Positions 34,322 through 46,706 are shown, counted from the first letter of the whole stretch. The stretch is DNA of 62,952 bases, filler included, from Stramenopiles sp. TOSAG23-6 (GCA_900128565.1; 11 parts of 11 records of this genome joined end to end with filler, not necessarily neighbours in it); one strand, 5' to 3'. A program made the numbers and translations. Notes: a model not told the origin generated them from the letters alone.

Positions 34322-36958
34322 TACAAAGAATACATTCAATTGAAATGGTACAACCTATAATTAAGGAATTCAAACAAAATTCTTACTCTCATTTAAAGAT
34401 TTCGTGTTTTTTTCCAATTCCTGTACAAATGATGGTCAGTTTTATTTATTTTTTTTTATTTTTTAGTTGAATTTTTTTTTATTTTTTATTTGAAATTGAA
34501 ATTAAAATTAAAATTGAATTTTTTTTTTGGTTTCATACGAAATTTTGTACCAAACAATTTTTTTAAAAAATTTTTTTTTTGGTTTCATACGAAATTTTGT
34601 ACCAAACAATTTTTTTTTAAAAAAATTTTTTTTTTTGAAATATTTTTCCAATTTACATGATCAAGTCATTGCTTTGGAATGGCAAATAGGATCGCCATCA
34701 AGATCAATTTTTAAAAAAGTTCAACAATTAATTGGTAATTTAAGTGGTACATTTAATAATACAATGTCAATTGCTGATCCACGAAAAGTATTTGAAATAA
34801 CTACACCTTTTGAAAATGACCCTAACCCTAGCCCTAACCCTAGATCAGATTCTTCTGTTTTGGGAAAATCTCCAATAGGAAAATCACCGATACAATCAAC
34901 CCTAACCCTAAACAATAATTTTTCAATTGAATTGAATAAAGAAAGAATGCTTAAGTCTATATACAATACAGCATTATCTAAAGGATCATATTTTACAACT
35001 ACTAACCCTAACCCTAAGAATAATACTAGTGAAATATTAGTCGTATTACGTGTAGGTTGAATTTGATTTAAATTTTTTTTTTTTGAAATATTTTGAAAAA
35101 AAAAAAATTTTTTTGAAATTTTGAAAATTTTTTTTTTTTTNTTTTTTTTTTTTTTTTTTTACTACTATATAAACATTTTCTTTTCAATCTCATACTTTAC
35201 TACTCAAATATACCTAAAATGTAATGTTTCGAAATATGATTTCATACTGTATGTAAGAGCTAGAATTATTATACAGAAAATAAATGATACTCAAGTAACA
35301 AATATTGGTACAAATTCTAACCCTACCCCTAAAAAACAGAAAAAAAAAAGGGATGCAAAATGGACAAGTAGCACAAAACACTCTAAAAAATCAAAACGTA
35401 AATCAAAAAAAAGAAAAAGTATAAATAACCCTAACCCTAGCATGGGTAGTCCTGAAGATAGAGTACAATCACCTTGGTCATTATGGAGTCATTCATTACA
35501 TGTACTTTTTTAAAAAAATTTAAATTTTTTTATTTTTAAAATTTTTTTAAATTTTTTTAATTTTTTTAAATTTAAAAAAATTTTTTTTTTACATTTTTTT
35601 TTTTACATTTCATTTTTTTTCTTAATTATTTTATATACATATATTTATACACATTACAGATGGTAGATCCTAAACACAGCAAGATGTCTCTTACATCTAA
35701 TAGTATTCATCACACACAACAAAATAAAACAAAAATAAATACCAAAAATAATAATAATACTCCAAATACTCCAAATACTAATAATGAAACAATTTCGGAT
35801 ATTTCGGATATTTCGGATATAATAGTAACTGAAACAAATGCTATTTGTGCAATTTCTGTTATGAATGATAGTTATATAGCAACAGCAACACAAGGTTCAA
35901 ATACTATAAATATTTGGAAAAATAATGAATTTCAATATCAATTGAATGGTCATAAAAATGATGTTTTATGCTTACATTATATATTTGAAAATAAAACATT
36001 ATTAAGTGGATCATGGGACAAAACTGTCCGAGTATGGAGTATGTCAAACCCTAACCCTACTAGTCCACAAAATCAAAAAAATCTAAAACATCAAAAACAT
36101 CTAAACCATCTAAAATATACATCTCATATTATAATGATAGCACATAAACATAAAATTAGTTGTATTACATCAATTGAAAATGGAAAAGTTATAATAAGTG
36201 CAGAAAAAGAAATAAAACTTTGGCAATGGATACCCGGGACCCTTTATAAATCTGATCACACTAATGAAATCATATCCATAAAAAAATGTTTGATTACATT
36301 AACACAACATAATGGAATTGTTGAATCAATCTCTCCCATCCCAAACTCTTTAACAAATTCAGCAACTATGTATCTTTTATTTTTTTTTTTGTATGAAATT
36401 TTTTTTTTTTTTGTATGAAATTTTGTACCTAACAATTTTTTCTAAATTTTTTTTTTTTTTGAAATATTTTTCCAAAATACATTGAATTTATTTCAGGTTC
36501 CCGGGATAAAACTGTCAAAATTTGGGGGTACCCAAAAGGTAACATTGAAGCAACACAGTGTTTGTATACGATATTGGGACATACAAATTGGATAAAGTCT
36601 GTTTGTATGTATGTTATGTTTAACAAAAAAAAAAAAAAAAAAAAAATTATAGACAATTTTTTTGTATTGTAGTTGAAAAATATTTTTTTTTTTTTTTTCA
36701 TAGTAAATTTTATACCTAACAAAACAAAAAACAAAAATTTCAAAAATATTTTTCACACTATATTGTGTTCCCATCTGTGTTTGTATCTGCAGGATGTGAC
36801 AAAACTGTTCGTGTTTATAGTAAATGTAAACCAAAAATTAAAAATTTGAATTTTATTATAGGAAATTTGTATGAAAAAACGACTGGTGAATATCCACATA
36901 AATGGGTGATTTATGTGTGTGCCAACCCTAACCCTAAGCGTAATAATACAGATGATAT
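33517..36958 (+). CDS. Degenerate Rab-like domain fused to WD40 repeats, 3'-truncated
   Basis: STFGIELKYKDVQINGTQYRLQLWTTA, AVFFVY; GHKNDV...LLSGSWDKTVRVW, FISGSRDKTVKIW, GHTNWIKSV, VSAGCDKTVRVY. Some exon joins are uncertain. Confidence 0.6.
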
Positions 36959-36962
36959 GTAT

Positions 36963-36997
<35 letters not shown>

Positions 36998-37144
36998 ATT
37001 TTAAAATTTTTTTTTTTTAAAAAATTTTTTCCACAAAATTTAAAAAAAAAAAAAAAAAAAAGAATTTCAAAATTTTTTTTTTTACGAAATGTTTTTCCCA
37101 ACAGTTTAAAAAAAAAAAAAAAAAAAAAATATTTTTTTTTACAA

Positions 37145-37244
37145 NNNNNNNNNNNNNNNNNNNNNNNNNNNNNNNNNNNNNNNNNNNNTTAATTAATTAA
37201 NNNNNNNNNNNNNNNNNNNNNNNNNNNNNNNNNNNNNNNNNNNN
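37145..37244. other. Artificial contig spacer
   Basis: N44-TTAATTAATTAA-N44. Confidence 0.98.
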
Positions 37245-37298
37245 ACGAAATTTTGTACCTAACGATTTTAATGTTTGAAATATTTTTTCATAATCCAT

Positions 37299-38267
37299 AT
37301 TTTAGTTGCAAAATATCATTCTAGCACAAAAGATGATTTATTAATGCTAATGGTACAAAATAGCTATTTTGCAGAATTAGAATCGAACAATGGAGGAAAA
37401 AATAAAAACAAAAAGAATAGCAATCCTTTACGATTTCCTATCAATAATAAAAAGACAAAAAATATTATTGTAGAAAAGAAAAAACTGGAGAAAAATCAAA
37501 ATGTGGAAAGATTTACCCCAAATCCACAAAATCCACAAAATTCAAATAGTAGGAAAAATACTTTACATAATACCAAAGATTATCAAAAGTTTGAAAAACA
37601 AGGTAATAATAGTGACAATGCCTTTAGAAGTACAGAAAGCCGCGATATTTCGTCTTCCCATAAAATTGTAACACAAAGACAAACACGAAATCTAGGTAAT
37701 ATACAGGGTAATGCAAAAACTAATAATGGAATATTCAAACGACTAGGCAATAAATGGAATAAGAAGAACAGCCCACCACAATTTACAGTAAAAAGTAGCC
37801 AGGCTCAAAATATTCAAGCAAATACACATGGAATGCAAAGACAACAATTTCAAAGGCAAAAACAAAACACGAAATTCGTACGAAATTTGATACAAGAATC
37901 ACCCAATAACAGTCGAAAACTTCAAGCAGAGCTCGATGAAATGAAAAGAATGCATAATTTAGAATTAGGACATATAGCAAAGCAGCAGCAAATTTTGCGG
38001 AACGATCGAGATAAGTATGCTGAATTAGTAGCAAAACAACGTAAAGAGATTGAATATGTGACCGAATCTTCAGAATTTGCAGCATCTCAAAAGATTCTGA
38101 AACAGAATTTGAAGCAAGCAAATAAAGAAAGGGAAGCAGCGTTATTAAAGATAGAAAAAAAACAACTGATTGAATGTACAAATACAACTGACATAAATGA
38201 AGGCTATGTTGATTCGGTGGATAGTGACTCTTCTGAGGTGAGTGACTCAACTCAAGTGAGTTTGTAG
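37299..38267 (+). CDS. Terminal exon of an unknown coiled-coil protein, 5'-truncated
   Basis: Long ORF directly after a family intron 3' end; heptad-like C-terminus. Confidence 0.6.
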   Translation: MLVAKYHSSTKDDLLMLMVQNSYFAELESNNGGKNKNKKNSNPLRFPINNKKTKNIIVEKKKLEKNQNVERFTPNPQNPQNSNSRKNTLHNTKDYQKFEKQGNNSDNAFRSTESRDISSSHKIVTQRQTRNLGNIQGNAKTNNGIFKRLGNKWNKKNSPPQFTVKSSQAQNIQANTHGMQRQQFQRQKQNTKFVRNLIQESPNNSRKLQAELDEMKRMHNLELGHIAKQQQILRNDRDKYAELVAKQRKEIEYVTESSEFAASQKILKQNLKQANKEREAALLKIEKKQLIECTNTTDINEGYVDSVDSDSSEVSDSTQVSL

Positions 38268-38342
38268 AATGAATAAATATCATTTGAATTATATATTTCT
38301 GATAGTTTTGATATTTTGTTTCTTTCAGATAATTTCTTCATT

Positions 38343-38846
38343 TTATTTTTTTAGTCTTTCTATCAGAGAGAGGACTCGGACAACAAGTGCCTTGCGTAGT
38401 TCTCTCAATTTTCCAGAAGCTTCAACAGAGTCAAGTTTTAATAGGATTTGTGTGAGCAATTCTATATTTTGTATCAGCGTTTTTTCACTAGTTATTTTCT
38501 CTGTATCACTGACAGAATTAGATTCATTTTCTATAGTATCTATTTCCTTTGAAATGTTTTGAAGCATATTTTCCTTTTTGTTGACAACTGCTTGTATTTG
38601 TTGAGCACCAACCCCTTCTTTAGTTAATCTCAACATAACCTTTGATTTATTTTTGAGATTAGCGTCAACCAAACATTGATCACTTCTCCATGTCTTTCCC
38701 TTGAAAAGAATTTTCATGTGCTCAGGCAACAAACCTGATGAACTGGATAAGTCTTTTTTCAAATCAGCAAATGTGTCAGTTTGTTTACATGCTATTTTAA
38801 ATTTCTGCTTGCCATATTTTACTTCTACCTCAAAAGTATCACTCAT
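38343..38846 (-). CDS. BAG-family co-chaperone with ubiquitin-like domain
   Basis: Ubl (VEVKYGKQ...MKILFKGK...NKSKVML) plus BAG motif ELLTQILLKLDSVE...RELRKALV. Confidence 0.85.
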   Translation of the reverse strand: MSDTFEVEVKYGKQKFKIACKQTDTFADLKKDLSSSSGLLPEHMKILFKGKTWRSDQCLVDANLKNKSKVMLRLTKEGVGAQQIQAVVNKKENMLQNISKEIDTIENESNSVSDTEKITSEKTLIQNIELLTQILLKLDSVEASGKLRELRKALVVRVLSLIERLKK

Positions 38847-38968
38847 TTTGTGTTTTAAAGTCAATTTCAATTGGTCACTATACGTAAAATAGTAGTAGTT
38901 TTGTCGTTCTGAATAAAACAAAAAAAATAATTTAATTGCATTAAACATAATTATTAATTTTGCTATTT

Positions 38969-40600
38969 TTATTCTTTTTTTTCTACAATTTCAAGTTGAT
39001 ACCCTGGAAATGAAGGACTTTCGTATCCTCCATTCCACTGTACATGCACTGTTCCATCCGAATTATTGGATACAACTACACCAATATTTGGACATGTACT
39101 ATTTTCACCAATACTTGGAGGTGCAATATTTTCGATTTTATATTCGTCTCGCAAGGAACATTTTTTACCGACAAGAGATTCGCCTTCCAAACCACATATT
39201 GTGAAAAAATATTTTTAGAAAAAAAAATCATTAGGTACGAAATTTCGTACGAAAAAATAAATTCGAAATTGGTAAAACATAAAACAAACACGTTCCCAGA
39301 GTAAAGACAAATATCCAAATATAGGAACGTCTATACCTCCAATCTTTTTTACTCTGAAAGATCTCGTCGAATTCACAGATGGATGATTACCTAAACACCA
39401 AGTAACAGCATCTGCAAACCCAGGAGGGTTATCTATCATTAAATTATGCCCACTATCTTCAACTCTAGCAATCATAATATTTTTTATTGTTTTTTTTTGA
39501 GCTAGCTTCTTAGACTCACGAACGGTGGAACATTGGTGCCTCAATTGCAAAGCAGAATTTATATCCATCCAGTCTCGAGTTCCATATACAAAAGATATTG
39601 TATTATTTGCAAAAGGTAACTTTAACTTAGGTATGCGATCAATTAGAGGTCTGAAGGCGTAAGCACCTGGTAATAATAGTGTTGAATGACATGAACCACC
39701 TACACTGTAAAGTATTGAAATATATCAAGAAGATTTCATATGAATAAAGATTGTTTTTTTCTAAATGAATTAGTATAATTTTGTTATATATATATATATA
39801 TATATATATTACGAAGGCTCTCCATTACACCAATTGTATAACCAGTAATTCTGAAGTAATTTGTGAGGTGTCCAAGAGGATTGCTTAAATCGTGCTTGAG
39901 TATATTTACCTAGCCAATAGTTCTTGAAAGGCAAATCAAATGGACCATAGCCCCTTGACCAGAGACTTCGAACAGAACGGATAAGCATATTTCGCATAGA
40001 CCAAGTTCTGCTTGTTTGAAAAATCTTCAGATTTTCAGGTGCACGTGGTAGACCAACAGGTGATATTAATATCAAATCTTTTACATTTTGTCCGTGTTTT
40101 TCTGCATAGGCTACTGCAATGTACCCACCGATACTATGACCAACAATTGAAATATGCTCAACATTGAGAGATTTACGCAAGCCTTCAACCCCTGATACAA
40201 AGAAGTTCTCAATTTGATCAATATCTGCACTTGATCCATACCCAGAATCGTACTTCTCCCTAGTGGAGAGACCACAGCCTAAACTATCCACACTATATAC
40301 ATCGCACTTTAGTTTGTGAGAAATCAGTGGTGCTGAAGTTGCGTATATTCCAGTACCACTACCATAACCATGTAAAAGAAATACAGGTACATTGCCAGCT
40401 TGTACGTTTGAGCTACGATAACGTACAGTATGCATTTTCTGCTCACTACCTTTTTCTGACACCTGAATTTCAAAATCTACTGGTTCTACACTTACTGACA
40501 CATTATCTTCCCGACGTAATCGTATCCACTGTCTCGCCCATGAAAGGCCCCAACTAACAAGATCTTGTTCAGCATCGCGAGCATTTTTTTCATTCGACAT
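38969..40600 (-). CDS. Alpha/beta hydrolase, ABHD4/5 (CGI-58)-like
   Basis: LLHGYGSG, GHSIGG, LILISPVG, HNLMIDNP (HX4D); introns 39705-39812 (GT-AG) and 39196-39291 (GT-AT). Confidence 0.88.
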
Positions 40601-40933
40601 TGACGTCGACGTATTGATAAAGTCTCTAGCTAGTTAATCAAATTGATCGACTTTCTTAATCTTAATCTTACGTGATTTAAGAGTCTTCTACGACTCTTCT
40701 TCCTTTTGCCAATTGCTTTTTTGATTGCTGTTTCTGTTGTGAACTTGTGATGTGTGTCAGTTTGTGTTCGAATAAAAATATATACTTTTCAGGTTTGTGC
40801 CGGCGCCACGATCGCAATTTGAAAATGGATACACAAACAAATCTACGTATCTTTCTTTCACTGCACACCACCACCAAGGTATCATCACATCTCTTTGGAT
40901 ACCCAATGTTTGGCTTTTTATCCAATAATTAGT

Positions 40934-41593
40934 ATGAATCTACATCCTGATGGGTCCTCTACTAGACCTATTAGAACGAGAGTAATTCATGGTGAAATTG
41001 ACGAGACCAAAAATTACGTTACGGTAACTTCAGCATATATTTCCGACAGCTCAAGTGAATCTGGCGATGAAGTTGGTAACCACAGTGTGCAAATTCAAAC
41101 AAGTCCAATCCGAGAAAGAAAACCGGTAGCACAGAAACACATTCTAGTAGACTTTTCTAGACCACTATACTTAAAGGCGATTAATCCAGCAGAAGAAGGC
41201 ATTCTTATAAAACTAAGAGAAGACAGTCAAATTTCAACAATTAGCTGGGGCAAAGACCCTTTTTTAAATATCCAGGAAAGAAAGCGGTTCAAAACAGAAA
41301 GCCCTGGCACATTTGGCCAAGGATATGAAATATACAGACAAAAGCAGAAAACATCCGCACCAGATAGATTCCTCGTCAACATGAAGCAATACGATCAAAT
41401 TGTTAAACGAAGGATTGCTCGGGCTAATTTGTTGCAGAAATATCCTAATTGGTACAAGAAGAAAACGAATCCAAAATTCCTAAAGTCAGTTAAGAAGAAA
41501 TCTCGAGATGCATGCGGGGCGTTTAAACCGACTAAATGTAAAAAGAAAGGTAAAAAGAAAGGTAAAAAGAAAGGTGTCAATAATGGTTCATAG
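40934..41593 (+). CDS. NF-YA/HAP2-like CCAAT-binding factor subunit, divergent
   Basis: FLVNMKQYDQIVKRRIARANL and SRDACGAF resemble the NF-YA core. Confidence 0.6.
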   Translation: MNLHPDGSSTRPIRTRVIHGEIDETKNYVTVTSAYISDSSSESGDEVGNHSVQIQTSPIRERKPVAQKHILVDFSRPLYLKAINPAEEGILIKLREDSQISTISWGKDPFLNIQERKRFKTESPGTFGQGYEIYRQKQKTSAPDRFLVNMKQYDQIVKRRIARANLLQKYPNWYKKKTNPKFLKSVKKKSRDACGAFKPTKCKKKGKKKGKKKGVNNGS

Positions 41594-41853
41594 ATATTTT
41601 AGATATTGAATGTATAATTATTGGAAGATCAGGGACACAAGAAAATGATCCTATGAAGAAGTCACCCAGTATCGAAGGATGAAACCCCCCTTATAACTGT
41701 TTTAGATGAGAGACTTCGTGGTCTTGAATATTCAAATATCCTTTGTATAATTGTTGGAAATGGGGGACTTGGTGGTCTTGAATATCCAAATGCGTTTTGT
41801 ATGTAGCTTGAAGTGTAACATTCATGGGTTACTACTTGACACATATATTTCTC

Positions 41854-42852
41854 TTAACTTTCCACTTCCGTGAACCCATTACTATCATTAATAAATGGCA
41901 GTGAAGATATTTCGTGCCCAAGACAATCGAGTTTGGATAAGTTAGGTGAAAGATCAAACGAATCCAGTTCAATATTTAGAGATGATTCATTTTTACTACA
42001 AACAGAAAAGCCAAAGTTTGATTCACCTACCGACAAACTAGAAATTTTCGGAATGTATAACATGGATTCAATATTATTATGAAAGATATTATCTTCTTTC
42101 ATAATACGAGAATTCACGCATAAAGTCGAATGTTGTAGATTGTCATGTGCCTTAATATCTGTAGCAATATCTGAATTTTTTTTCAAGGTCAGATTGAAAG
42201 TAGAAGACTTGTTTGTAACTGCGAAAGAGGGTATATTTGAATTTTGGGTTTCATACTTCTTTGGTTTCGATGGAGATGATAACGGAACCAAACCAACCAA
42301 CATAGTTTCATTACTATTATTGGTTTTTGTGTCTAATGTTCCAAAATTCTTTTTTGAACTGCAGTGCTTGCTACAATAAAGTTTATTGGATTGCATAGAA
42401 CCAGCTGTACATTTCTGCCCGCCAGGGAATATATAAGTGCATCGCCATCCACCACCATGTAGCTTACAACATTGAAGTTGATTAAGGTTGCCAATAGCGC
42501 CCTTTGAACAGTCAGGGTAAATACACCTTCGGCCTCCACCATGGGCGATGCAATAAGGCGTCTTTCCTTGAGAACCGCGAGTACATTTTACATTACTACG
42601 TGATACAAATTGACAGCGGCGGCCACCTCCGTGACGGCTACATAGACCTGTTTTACCTCTGGCCCCAATATTACATACTTTGCCTGTTTCTTTATTAAAA
42701 AATAAACAACGAATGCCTCCACCATGGCTGAAACACAATTTAGTTTTACCTTGTGCTTTTTTTTTACAATACTTTCCGACAAGACCATTTTCTGGTGATT
42801 TTGAAATGTATGCGCAAAGTCGTCCACGTCGTGAAGCGATTGATTTCACCAT
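41854..42852 (-). CDS. Protein with repeated CxxHGGG zinc-finger-like motifs (WRKY19-like Zn-finger repeats)
   Basis: CFSHGGGIRC, CSRHGGGRRC, CIAHGGGRRC, CKLHGGGWRC. Confidence 0.85.
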   Translation of the reverse strand: MVKSIASRRGRLCAYISKSPENGLVGKYCKKKAQGKTKLCFSHGGGIRCLFFNKETGKVCNIGARGKTGLCSRHGGGRRCQFVSRSNVKCTRGSQGKTPYCIAHGGGRRCIYPDCSKGAIGNLNQLQCCKLHGGGWRCTYIFPGGQKCTAGSMQSNKLYCSKHCSSKKNFGTLDTKTNNSNETMLVGLVPLSSPSKPKKYETQNSNIPSFAVTNKSSTFNLTLKKNSDIATDIKAHDNLQHSTLCVNSRIMKEDNIFHNNIESMLYIPKISSLSVGESNFGFSVCSKNESSLNIELDSFDLSPNLSKLDCLGHEISSLPFINDSNGFTEVES

Positions 42853-42997
42853 TAATTATAGTACCACGAGCAAATTCTTCTATTCGTGTAAAAAGAATTC
42901 GTCTTTCAATGAAAGTAAATTACAAATGTCGTGATAAATTTGAAGTTTGTCTTAACTGTTGAGGTTACAACTTGTACCAACTAAATTACTGACGAAA

Positions 42998-43019
42998 GGC
43001 TGACGTGGCCACGTCAGCC
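42998..43019. promoter_or_regulatory. Perfect 22-bp palindrome with two TGACGTGG sites in a divergent promoter
   Basis: GGCTGACGTGGCCACGTCAGCC. Confidence 0.55.
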
Positions 43020-43247
43020 AGTAAAATTAAAAATCCTTTTTTACTACAACTTTTCGTACCTAAATGAATAAAATGAATCTTTGTGTCAAAAAGGAGCGCG
43101 TCATCGTTCGAGATAATTTCGATTTCTGTTGTGATTTCGAGATTGCCTTGCTGGCACCATCTCTACGTCTACGATACGCACACGGTCAGATTCTTTTGTT
43201 TTGCTGTTTTGGTATAGTCTAACATCTCAGCAGAGCCCAAGGATTCA

Positions 43248-44537
43248 ATGGAACATTTGTCGACGGAGACTAAAGATATAGTGGAACCATGGGTAAATTG
43301 TTTTATTCCATCGGAGGATAAACTTCTTCCAATTGTACTGTCAGTGCCTCATGGAGGAAGTTTAAAACCAAACTCTGTATTAGACAGAACTTCTGGCTGT
43401 CAACATCCAGACGAGGGAACAACGGAGCTTTCAAGATCAATATTTATGGCTCTATGTAAGAACAATAAGCGGAATTTTCAACCATGTCTTGTGCAACATT
43501 GTCTTCACCGATCAAAAATTGACCCCAACAGAGACTTGGATTTTGCTGTTGACGTAAAGTCTTCTTCTGTCGTAGAGTCTTGGCATCTATACCATGCAAA
43601 TATTAGACGAGCTCTTCTTTTATCAGTTAAAATTCATGGTTTTGCTTGCTTAGTTGATGTTCATGGGCAAGATCATAGAAATGATACGACTGAACTAGGC
43701 TATGGCTTGACGAGTTTCGAGTTGGTTCTTTCTGACGAAAACCTTCAAAATCGCTGGGTTACTAACTCTAACTCTACACCTCATCACTTTAACTCTGAAG
43801 GTCATGTTGTGCAATCAAGGAATGGAATGTGTTTTTCACTACATAGTCTTTTACACAATGGAATTTCAGTACCCGAAATTGTTCGTGGAGAATTTTCCTT
43901 GGGAGCTTTACTAGAGAAAAATGGATTTAAGTGTACACCAAGTATGTTGTATTTTTTTTAATTTCAAAGTTTTTTTTCATACGAAATGTTGTACCTAACA
44001 AAAAAAATCAAAACATCAAAAAAAAATATTTTTTTACACTACATGCCCACGTCTGCCGAAACCTGTATCACTATCAGATGTAATTGTTTCATTAACACAT
44101 GAACTTGATAATGAGATTATCGACGGTGGCAATTTAGAAACCCTTTTAACTCGTCATGGTTTTGCCCCTAGTTTGAATTTTGCGAAACTTTTACGGAATA
44201 ATATTATGAATGACATTAGTAGTGTTGAATCATTCTCAAATAGTAATATAGTTGATACTATATCCCACGGAAATAATTCGTTAGGTACGAAAGTGGGTAC
44301 AAAACCAAAACATTCAATTACGAATTTGACAAATACCACTCCTCCGAGTGTATCCCCATTTGACTATTTCAAAGGCATTTACTTCTGGGGTGGATATACA
44401 TTACAAGCCTATACTTGTCGCAACGCTATACCAGGAAATGTTGGCCCTCTTACTGAGTCAGATTGGACTCTAAAAAACCCTAACCTTAACCCCAATCAAT
44501 TACAATCTGTTCATACTACAAGAAATAGTTTTGAGAG

Positions 44538-44570
<33 letters not shown>
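43248..44570 (+). CDS. N-formylglutamate amidohydrolase-like Zn hydrolase, 3'-truncated
   Basis: LSVPHGG, IDPNR, WHLYH, VDVHGQ, ELGY, YFWGGY; GT...AT intron 43942-44044 restores PSP. Confidence 0.7.
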
Positions 44571-44670
44571 NNNNNNNNNNNNNNNNNNNNNNNNNNNNNN
44601 NNNNNNNNNNNNNNTTAATTAATTAANNNNNNNNNNNNNNNNNNNNNNNNNNNNNNNNNNNNNNNNNNNN
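44571..44670. other. Artificial contig spacer
   Basis: N44-TTAATTAATTAA-N44. Confidence 0.98.
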
Positions 44671-44734
44671 TAGGTACAAAATTTCGTACGAAAAAAAAAA
44701 TTTAGACAAAAAATTGAAAAAAAATAAAACATAC

Positions 44735-45419
44735 ATAGTGTCGATGGACTGGAACTGGGGGGTAATTCCCCTAATAGCAAAGTGGTAGAACAAGAAATAG
44801 AATGAGACGTATGATTATTTTGAAGACTTTGTGATGTGTGATTATTTTGAAGACTTTGTCTTTGTTTCTTTTGCTTCTTTTGAATGTATTGCGTTTGTTG
44901 ATTTTGTTGATTTTGTTGATTTTGTTTAGTAGGGATTGGACTTTTGTTTTGAAAAGAAGAACGTGCGAGTACAGTACGTTGCTGATCGGAAAAAGAAGTG
45001 GGCTTATAATTGGTTGACTCGTTATGTAGAGAATACCCCTTGTGTATGTTATATTGACGCTGGTTCGTTACTCTATTCATATTTGAGGGGTCGTTTTCCT
45101 GAGAATATTGTCTCGGTGACGTTTGCATGGCATACACATGGTTCCCTCCGAGATGTTTCTGAGAAGATTTTGCAGAAAAACCATACCCGTTTGTAGATCT
45201 TTCAGATTCAATAGATCCATTATTGGCATGTAATTTCGGTCGATAACTCCAAGATCGTTGCGTTGATGAGTTGGACTTTCCAACGCTTCGTTGTAGAGGA
45301 GACAAATTTTGGAAATGACGCTGATCTGTTTCATATTTTATATTACCTTGCTCCTGTTGAAGAGGACGAGAAAAAGTTGTTGGTTGAACTACTCCTTTCT
45401 CTGCATCATGTGTTGACAT
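44735..45419 (-). CDS. First exon of an unknown Q/S-rich protein, 3'-truncated
   Basis: ATG-initiated ORF ending at a family 5' splice site (GTATGTTTT at 44734). Confidence 0.55.
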
Positions 45420-46091
45420 GATATTCTATCGTTTGGATAGAAAATGTAATGTTCTTTTTCAACAACACAATACTTTACTATAGACAACGTCAATAAAATA
45501 TACTCAAAATAGTAAAAAGGCGCGATGTTTACGAAACTTGGTTCAAAAAAAATTGCGCAAGTTTTTTTTTTGAGTTATTTTTGAGTTATTTTGAAAATAA
45601 TTCAACAAAATTTTGGAACAAACCTGAGACGCCAATTTTTAGCTCTCCTAGGGTTAGGTTAGGTGCCTAGGGTTAGGGTTCCTGGTGTTTTGGTCAGCCC
45701 TTCATTTTTTTTTCGCGAAAAAAATTCAACTCTGTGTTTCTGCTCTGCGCACGAATTTTCCTTCAACGTAGACCTTTTTTCTATCACTCAAGGAGTACGT
45801 AATTCTCTTAATTACTTTATTATTATATACATCATCGATTAACTTATCTTGTTGACGATCATTTCATTGATTCTTAAGAAGAGTATGATTGTCTTTCCTT
45901 GTTTTTTTGCAATTTGTTTTTCTTCATGAACCAAGTCATGACTTTCTTCCTCCGTTTTGTTGTCGTGTCTGTTTTTCGGTTTGAACCTGGCATTCTTTCC
46001 TTTGATATAGTGTTTTTTTACTCTAGCATTTCACAGTGTATGTCTAACCCTTTCCAAATTTCTTATATTCTGAAAAAGCAGTACTCTTACA

Positions 46092-46298
46092 ATGGACGTT
46101 AACGAACTTGTATTCAAACCTCTCTTCCAATTCGGTTTAGATTCGTACCGCCTGGTTCAAAAATGCACCAAGCCAGACCGCACTGAATTTACCCGTGTAT
46201 TTTTCGCTACTAGCTGTGGGTTCTTTATTATGGGATTTATTGGTTTCTTTGTCAAACTTGTTCATATTCCTATAAATAATATTATCGTAGGGCGTTAA
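46092..46298 (+). CDS. SEC61G: Protein translocon subunit Sec61 gamma
   Basis: [14 protein letters not shown]...[20 protein letters not shown]; probable 5' UTR GT-AG intron 45795-46081. Confidence 0.96.
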   Translation: MDVNELVFKPLFQFGLDSYRLVQKCTKPDRTEFTRVFFATSCGFFIMGFIGFFVKLVHIPINNIIVGR

Positions 46299-46706
46299 AA
46301 CACATGTGAAAAAAAAAAAAAAAAAAACAGGATTTTTCGTACGAAATTTCGTACCTAACGAAAAAAAAAATCGACGTCTAGTCTATCCTTTTTTTTTTGT
46401 GATTATTTGATAAATAAACAACACTCTAGAGAATGTAGAGACATTATTTTATACTATGTATATATATACATGATACACAAGGAAAATAGCAACATGAAAA
46501 GAATGTATATCAACATGAAAAAAATATATATTTTATTACACTTCATTTAAAAGTACAACAAGGATAATCAACCCTAACCCTAGTACAAAGACATTCATTG
46601 TAGGGCTAGTGGCCTCTTTTTGAGTACTCATTTTGTGTAATGAGTTCATTGTGTTACTTTATATGTTTTAGATATAATAGATTTTTTCTATGTTACATTC
46701 TCCAAA

